Shown here: positions 33,320 through 37,966 of the stretch, one piece after another
Numbering within the stretch: position 1 is the stretch's first letter
Layout: every line of letters begins with the position of its first letter
Origin: an uncultured Planctomycetia bacterium
Lineage (GTDB): Bacteria; Omnitrophota; Gorgyraeia; Duberdicusellales; Duberdicusellaceae
Length of the DNA: 37,966 nucleotides
Reading direction: 5' to 3'
Assembly: GCA_964604895.1 (NCBI GenBank)
Contig: CAZSAI010000002.1
Span: 1 to 37,966 of the forward strand
Translations under genes and position numbers: made by a program
The notes under the pieces: model-generated
What the model saw: only the letters and a program-made list of their open reading frames with translations
The model's database searches: none
Told to the model about the DNA's origin: nothing

Positions 33320-34371
33320 GAATGACTCTAGCTGAAATAGCTCGCCTAATAGAGGGAGAGGTAGTAGGTGACCCTAATATTGTAATAACAGGGATTTCTG
33401 GGATTAAGGAAGCAAAACTCGGAGATATTACTTTTTTAGCTAATCCTAAATATACCCCCCTCCTAAAGACTACCCAGGCCTCAGCAATCATCACCTCTTT
33501 TGAGATAGAGAATACTTCTAAGCCTTTAATAAAGACTGAAAATCCTTCTTTAGCCTTCGCTAAGATAGTTTCTTTAGTAGGCCCTAACAATGTAAGGCAT
33601 CCTAAAGGGATTCATCCTACAGCCTTAATTGCTGAAAATGTTAAATTAGGGAAAGACATAGCAATAGGTGCTTATACGATAATTGAGGAAGGAGTAGAGA
33701 TTGGAGACCGAACTATTATCTATGGAGGTTGTTTTATTGGTCATGATAGTAAAATTGGGGAGGATACGCTTATTTACCCTAATGTTTCTATAAGAGAGAG
33801 AGTTGAAATCGGTAAGAGAGTAATAATCCATTCTGGGACTGTTATAGGTTCAGATGGGTTTGGTTTTGCTACTGTAAAAGGGGTTCAGGAGAAGATTCCT
33901 CAAATTGGAACAGTGATAGTAGAAGATGATGTGGAAATTGGAGCAAATGTTACTATCGATAGGGCTCGGTTTGATAAGACCTTAATAGGTAAAGGTACAA
34001 AGATTGATAATTTAGTTCAAATTGCTCATAATGTGATAGTAGGTGAACATTCTATAATTGTAGCTCAGGCAGGAATTTCAGGAAGCACAGTTATTGGTAA
34101 GGGAGTGATTTTAGCAGGTCAGGCAGGAGTAGTTGGGCATATTACTATTGGTGATGGAGCAATTGTAGCTGCTCAAGCTGGGGTTACTAAGTCTGTGCCT
34201 CCTAACACTAAAGTATCGGGTTATCCAGCCAAACCTCACGAGCAGGCTAAGAGAGTAAATGCTTGTGTGCAGAGGCTACCTCTAGCTTATAAGAAGATAA
34301 AGGAACTGGAGGAGGAGATAAAGAATCTTAAGAAAAAGATAGAAGAGTTGGAGACTAAACTTAGAGGTTAA
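33316..34371 (+). CDS. lpxD: UDP-3-O-acylglucosamine N-acyltransferase
   Basis: N-terminal LAEIA..I.GE..GD....I.G and ITFLANPKY, followed by hexapeptide repeats and a helical tail; 351 aa. Confidence 0.9.
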   Translation: MRMTLAEIARLIEGEVVGDPNIVITGISGIKEAKLGDITFLANPKYTPLLKTTQASAIITSFEIENTSKPLIKTENPSLAFAKIVSLVGPNNVRHPKGIHPTALIAENVKLGKDIAIGAYTIIEEGVEIGDRTIIYGGCFIGHDSKIGEDTLIYPNVSIRERVEIGKRVIIHSGTVIGSDGFGFATVKGVQEKIPQIGTVIVEDDVEIGANVTIDRARFDKTLIGKGTKIDNLVQIAHNVIVGEHSIIVAQAGISGSTVIGKGVILAGQAGVVGHITIGDGAIVAAQAGVTKSVPPNTKVSGYPAKPHEQAKRVNACVQRLPLAYKKIKELEEEIKNLKKKIEELETKLRG

Positions 34372-34373
34372 AG

Positions 34374-35690
34374 ATGGAGATACTGAGACAGAAGACAATT
34401 AAGAAGGAAGTAAATTTAGAAGGTGTAGGTCTTCATACTGGTGAGAAGGTAAAACTTACATTTTTGCCTGCTCCCCCTAATAGTGGGGTGTTGTTTTTTA
34501 GAGAAGATATCTCTTCTCTGGTAAAAGCAGATTTATACTCAGTTCTTTCTCCAGAAAATTTTCCCCGCCGTACTTCTATTGGGAGAGATGGGGTCTGCAT
34601 TCATACTGTGGAACATTTGATGGCTGCTCTTTCTATACTGGGGATTGATAATATTCAGATAAATATAACCGGCCAGGAAGTTCCAGGTATGGATGGTAGT
34701 GCTAGAGATTTTATAGAGAAGATTAAGGAAGTAGGGATTGTAGAACAGCCTGCCCCTAAAGAGTATCTTGTGGTAAGAGAGCCTCTTTGGGTGGATGAGA
34801 AAGACGCAAGTATCGTAATCTTGCCTTCTCCTCATTTTAGAATTTCTTATACTTTAGATTACGATAATCCTGCTATTTCCACAGACTTCTTAGATGTAGT
34901 TTTAGACTCAGAGAAAGATTCATCTTCTTTAGCCCTTGCTAGAACTTTTTGTTTAGAAGAAGAAGTTACTCCTTTGTTAAATATGGGTTTAGGCAAAGGT
35001 GCAAACTATACTAATACTTTAGTGGTCTCTAAAAGAGGGATAGTAGAAAACGAACTCAGAGATGAGGAAGAATTTGTAAAACATAAGATTTTAGATTTAA
35101 TAGGAGATTTATATCTTGCTGGGCCTATTAAAGGTCATGTGATTGCTTTTCGGAGTGGTCACCTCTTAAACATAAAATTACTTACTAAACTGAAAGCTTA
35201 TAAAGAGAAGATTACCTCTTCCGGCGTAGGAGCAGCTACTTCGTTCATCCCTCAAAAGGATAGTTTAGATGCCTCTGAAATTATGAAAATTCTTCCTCAT
35301 CGTTATCCTTTTCTTCTGGTAGATAAGATTGTCTATTTAGAGAAAGGCAAGAAAGCTATCGGCATTAAGAACGTTACTATAAATGACTATTTTTTTCAGG
35401 GTCATTTTCCTGACCGGCCAATTATGCCGGGAGTTTTGATTATTGAAGTAATGGCTCAGGTAGGAGGAGTACTTATGCTTTCTCCCCCTGAGAATAGAGG
35501 CAAACTCGCCTATTTTATGGCTGCTGATAATATAAAATTTAGAAGGACTGTTGAACCTGGAGACCAGTTAGTAATAGAGGTTGTTGTAGGAAAGGTAAAA
35601 AGTAAAACTGGACAGGTTCACACTAAAGCTTTTGTAGAAAATAGAGTTGTTGCTGAAGCAGATTTAATGTTTGCTTTAGTCAACCGATAA
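34374..35690 (+). CDS. lpxC-fabZ: Bifunctional UDP-3-O-acyl-GlcNAc deacetylase / 3-hydroxyacyl-ACP dehydratase (LpxC-FabZ fusion)
   Basis: The N-terminal half has LpxC motifs (GVGLHTGEKV, TVEHLMAAL, HKILDLIGDL). The C-terminal half has FabZ motifs (LPHRYPFLLVD, FFQGHFPDRPIMPGVL..E.MAQ). 438 aa. Confidence 0.9.
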   Translation: MEILRQKTIKKEVNLEGVGLHTGEKVKLTFLPAPPNSGVLFFREDISSLVKADLYSVLSPENFPRRTSIGRDGVCIHTVEHLMAALSILGIDNIQINITGQEVPGMDGSARDFIEKIKEVGIVEQPAPKEYLVVREPLWVDEKDASIVILPSPHFRISYTLDYDNPAISTDFLDVVLDSEKDSSSLALARTFCLEEEVTPLLNMGLGKGANYTNTLVVSKRGIVENELRDEEEFVKHKILDLIGDLYLAGPIKGHVIAFRSGHLLNIKLLTKLKAYKEKITSSGVGAATSFIPQKDSLDASEIMKILPHRYPFLLVDKIVYLEKGKKAIGIKNVTINDYFFQGHFPDRPIMPGVLIIEVMAQVGGVLMLSPPENRGKLAYFMAADNIKFRRTVEPGDQLVIEVVVGKVKSKTGQVHTKAFVENRVVAEADLMFALVNR

Positions 35691-35747
35691 ATTCCTAATC
35701 AAGTCCGTAGGATTTTAACCTTCAAGTTTCAAATTTTGGATTAAATC

Positions 35748-36524
35748 GTGTCTGTTCAAATTCATCCCCAGGCCCTTGTCTCTGAAAGAGCCTTTTTGTC
35801 TTGTGGCGTAGAGGTAGGAGCATTTTCAATAATTGAGGATGAGGTAAAAATTGGGGAGAACACAAAGGTAGGCCCTAACTGTTTTATTACTGGGGCTACC
35901 ACTATTGGGAAGAACTGTCGAATTTTTAAAGGGGCGGTGGTAGGTTCTCCTCCTCAGGATTTGAAATATAAAGGAGAGAAAACTTACTTAGAAATCGGCG
36001 ATAATAACATTATAAGAGAATTTGTAACTATTAACCCTGGTACAGAAGAGGGCTCTAAGACTATAATTGGAAATAACAATCTTATAATGGCTTACTCTCA
36101 CATAGCCCATAATTGTAGAATTGCTGATAATTGTATATTAGCCAATGGCGCTACTTTAGCCGGTCATGTAGAGATAGAAGAGAGAGTGGTAATAGGAGGG
36201 TTGGTAGCAATTCATCAATTTTGTAGATTAGGTAAGTTTTCTATTGTGGGAGGTTGTTCAAAAGTGGTCCAGGATATTCCTCCCTATTCTTTGGCTGATG
36301 GTCATCCTGCTAAAGTAAGAGGGGTTAACTTAGTAGGTCTAAAGAGGGCTGGCTTTTCAAAAGAATCTATCAATATTTTACATAAGGCTTTTAAGGTTCT
36401 TTTCTTTGAATCCCATACCTTGGGAGTAGCCTCAGAAATTATAGAAAAAGGGCTTCCTTTAACCCCAGAGATAGAATACCTTCTTAAATTCTTAAAAGAT
36501 TCTAAGCGAGGTATTAGCCGGTGA
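35748..36524 (+). CDS. lpxA: Acyl-ACP:UDP-GlcNAc O-acyltransferase
   Basis: GTG start; IHPQALVS, hexapeptide repeats, NLVGLKRAGFS; 258 aa. Confidence 0.9.
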   Translation: MSVQIHPQALVSERAFLSCGVEVGAFSIIEDEVKIGENTKVGPNCFITGATTIGKNCRIFKGAVVGSPPQDLKYKGEKTYLEIGDNNIIREFVTINPGTEEGSKTIIGNNNLIMAYSHIAHNCRIADNCILANGATLAGHVEIEERVVIGGLVAIHQFCRLGKFSIVGGCSKVVQDIPPYSLADGHPAKVRGVNLVGLKRAGFSKESINILHKAFKVLFFESHTLGVASEIIEKGLPLTPEIEYLLKFLKDSKRGISR

Positions 36525-37330
36525 GAAAATTAGGTCTAATAGCTGGAAACAGGACCTTCCCTCTTCTTTTCTCTTCTTCTGCAAAGAGTAAAAATTCCCA
36601 GTTAGAGATAGTAGCGGTAGCTGTAAAAGGAGAGACCGATAAGAGATTGGCTAAATTTGTGGATAAGATTTTTTGGGTAGATATAGGCAAGTTAAGGGAA
36701 GTTTTGAATATATTTTTAGAGGAGAAGGTAGATAAAATTGTCTTAGTGGGTCAAATTTCCCCTTACCGAATTTTTAAAGATAGAAGCAATTGGGATGAGT
36801 TGATGAATAAAATTTTTAAGAGTATTTCTGATTTTAGGCCTCATTCTATATTCTCAGAGATTATAAAAGAGTTTGAATCTCAAGGACTTAGTTTTATAAA
36901 TTCTACTACTTTTTTAGAAGAGCACTTGGCTAAAGAAGGTCTAAATAATAATCTTCGGATAGAAGATTCTTTGCAGGAAGATATAGCTTCAGCGGTAGAG
37001 TTAGCCAGAAAAATTGTAGATTTAGATATAGGTCAGACCGTGGTATTTAAAGATAAAGCAATAGTGGCAGTAGAGGCTTTGGAGGGAACAGACAATACTA
37101 TTAAGAGAGCTTATAAGATATGCGGGCCCAATTTTTTAGTAGTAAAATTAGCTAAGAAAAACCAAGACCTAAGATTCGATGTCCCAGTGATAGGCTTAAA
37201 TACAATTAAGCTTCTTAAAAAGCTTAAAGCTAAAGCTTTAGTAATAGAGAAAGGAAAAACCCTTATTCTGAATAGAGATAAAGTTTTGTTCTTATCAGAA
37301 GAAGCAAACATTCCAATTCTCGGAGTCTAA
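36521..37330 (+). CDS. lpxI: UDP-2,3-diacylglucosamine diphosphatase LpxI (DUF1009 family)
   Basis: LGLIAGNRTFP start, IGQTVVFKDKAIVAVEALEGTD..I.RA and DLRFDVPVIG motifs, and its position directly after lpxA; 269 aa. Confidence 0.8.
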   Translation: MRKLGLIAGNRTFPLLFSSSAKSKNSQLEIVAVAVKGETDKRLAKFVDKIFWVDIGKLREVLNIFLEEKVDKIVLVGQISPYRIFKDRSNWDELMNKIFKSISDFRPHSIFSEIIKEFESQGLSFINSTTFLEEHLAKEGLNNNLRIEDSLQEDIASAVELARKIVDLDIGQTVVFKDKAIVAVEALEGTDNTIKRAYKICGPNFLVVKLAKKNQDLRFDVPVIGLNTIKLLKKLKAKALVIEKGKTLILNRDKVLFLSEEANIPILGV

Positions 37331-37391
37331 AAAAGACATAGTTCAGATAGAATAGCATTAATAAAGATTTGTAGGTAGGAGACTTTTTAGT

Positions 37392-37465
37392 GCCCCGGTA
37401 GCTCAATTGGATAGAGCATCTGGCTTCGAACCAGAGGGTTGCAGGTTCAAGTCCTGCTCGGGGCA
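37392..37465 (+). tRNA. tRNA-Arg (anticodon UCG)
   Basis: Manual cloverleaf fold:
- Acceptor GCCCCGG/UCGGGGC.
- D arm GCUC-AAUUGGAUA-GAGC.
- Anticodon arm UCUGG-CUUCGAA-CCAGA.
- Variable loop GGGUU.
- T arm GCAGG-UUCAAGU-CCUGC.
- Discriminator A; no encoded CCA. Confidence 0.85.
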
Positions 37466-37525
37466 ATTTTTATTTTCTAATAGAAGTTTTTTCTTCTTGT
37501 GGTATAATTATTTGCCTATCCCTTT

Positions 37526-37566
37526 GGGCCGCTGGCTCAATTGGTAGAGCAACGGACTCTTAATCC
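37526..37566 (+). pseudogene. 5' half of a tRNA-Lys (anticodon CUU) gene; 3' half absent
   Basis: GGGCCGC-UG-GCUC-AAUUGGUA-GAGC-A-ACGGA-CUCUUAA-UCC is a perfect tRNA up to about position 41. The sequence then continues CTTTTGAGCTATTTTTAAAC.., with no T arm and no GCGGCCC acceptor complement anywhere up to 37966. An extended -10 (TGgTATAAT, 37500-37508) lies upstream. Confidence 0.6.
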
Positions 37567-37867
37567 CTTTTGAGCTATTTTTAAACTTCCTTATAAAAAC
37601 TACAATTTTAGAATTTCCCTTTAAAAATAAGCCAAATTCTAATTTTGCCTATTTATATTAATCTTATCTATCTTGTGTATTTTTCCTAATTTTGGTCACA
37701 ATTTGGTCGCAAAATAGATTTGGCAGAATGCTCTTTTAAAAGGAAATATTAAAAGCTTTGGCGAGTTTTTCTAGGAGGAGAGTTTGATCTGCGAAGGTTC
37801 CTTATTTTCTTCTTTCTTAAGGGATAACAATCTATTTTAGCATTTTCAGAAAGTTATACTTTCTAAC

Positions 37868-37897
37868 TTGACATAGTTTCTTACTATATGGTATACT
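37868..37897 (+). promoter_or_regulatory. Sigma-70-like promoter for the terminal antitoxin-like gene
   Basis: TTGACA (37868-37873), 18-nt spacer ending in TGg, then TATACT (37892-37897), followed by a GGAGGTG SD (37904-37910). Confidence 0.5.
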
Positions 37898-37917
37898 CTA
37901 AGTGGAGGTGAGAAGAG

Positions 37918-37966
37918 ATGACAATAACTCGGCTTAAAGAAAAAAACCAACTTACACTACCTAAAA
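37918..37966 (+). CDS. Start of an AbrB/MazE/SpoVT-type (antitoxin-like) gene, 3'-truncated by the window edge
   Basis: MTITRLKEKNQLTLPK resembles the usual N-terminus of SpoVT/AbrB-type antitoxins (x-T-x-L-S-x-K-G-Q-[VI]-T-[IL]-P-K). Good promoter and SD. Only 16 codons are visible. Confidence 0.4.
   Translation, partial: MTITRLKEKNQLTLPK

Noticed and set aside
1063-37311. All other - strand ORFs in the track, plus the + strand ORFs 17203..17427 and 17797..18156
   Set aside because: - Each lies wholly inside a longer, well-supported gene on the opposite strand.
- They have low-complexity, Ser/Leu/Phe-rich compositions typical of antisense frames in AT-rich DNA.
- None shows a recognisable motif.
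37263-37466. 67-aa - strand ORF (MPRAGLEPATLWFEARCSIQLSYRGT...)
   Set aside because: It is the antisense translation of tRNA-Arg (37392..37465) and of the lpxI 3' end, a classic artefact.
37777-37789. GGAGAGTTTGATC, identical to the conserved 5' end of bacterial 16S rRNA (27F primer region)
   Set aside because: The match stops after 13 nt (TGCGAAGG follows instead of CTGGCTCAG) and no further rRNA-like sequence follows. It is most likely chance. It is only worth rechecking if the junction at 37566 proves to be a misassembly.
37783-37839. 18-codon ORF (TTG ATC TGC ...) behind an AGGAGG in the junction region
   Set aside because: Too short, with a hydrophobic low-complexity product and no supporting context.

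Overview
AT-rich, compact chromosomal segment from a diderm (LPS-making) bacterium, probably an uncultivated anaerobe; I cannot assign a lineage. All real genes except one are on the + strand, often with 4-20 nt overlaps. From left to right:
- **LPS core genes:** a heptose/Kdo block with a GT9 heptosyltransferase, a deoxyhypusine-synthase-like ORF, heptose-7-P kinase and kdsB-kdsA-kdsD-kdsC.
- **Envelope module:** a secreted FecR-like protein and a CHASE2-GGDEF diguanylate cyclase, apparently with their own promoter, followed by a 1833-aa outer-membrane/surface protein.
- **Energy metabolism:** porG-porD-porA-porB plus a ferredoxin, and a convergent PpiD-like chaperone (the only - strand gene).
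- **Central metabolism:** hisG standing alone, a TPR protein and a split transketolase.
- **Housekeeping run:** ispE-spoVG-tRNA-Gln-glmU-prs-ctc-pth-rpsF-ssb-rpsR-rplI-dnaB.
- **Outer membrane and lipid A:** bamA-skp-lpxD-lpxC/fabZ-lpxA-lpxI.
- **Right edge:** tRNA-Arg, a tRNA-Lys gene with only its 5' half, an AT-rich non-coding stretch, and the start of an AbrB/MazE-like antitoxin gene.

The best candidate for an undescribed system is the FecR / CHASE2-GGDEF / giant OM protein trio at 5854..13766. The mature N-terminus of the giant protein carries three FecR-like repeats. Behind them come a poly-Pro linker, Ig-like domains, a 7-blade YVTN propeller, DUF11 and SdrD-B modules, and a C-terminal beta-rich region of about 870 aa.

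Other notable items:
- a zinc-ribbon insertion in SpoVG;
- a 5 x 16-nt tandem repeat running into the porD start codon;
- two very basic small ORFs missing from the ORF track, each directly behind a TATAAT box;
- an SSB without the canonical C-terminal tip;
- the broken tRNA-Lys junction.

All family assignments come from motif recognition by eye; no searches were run.
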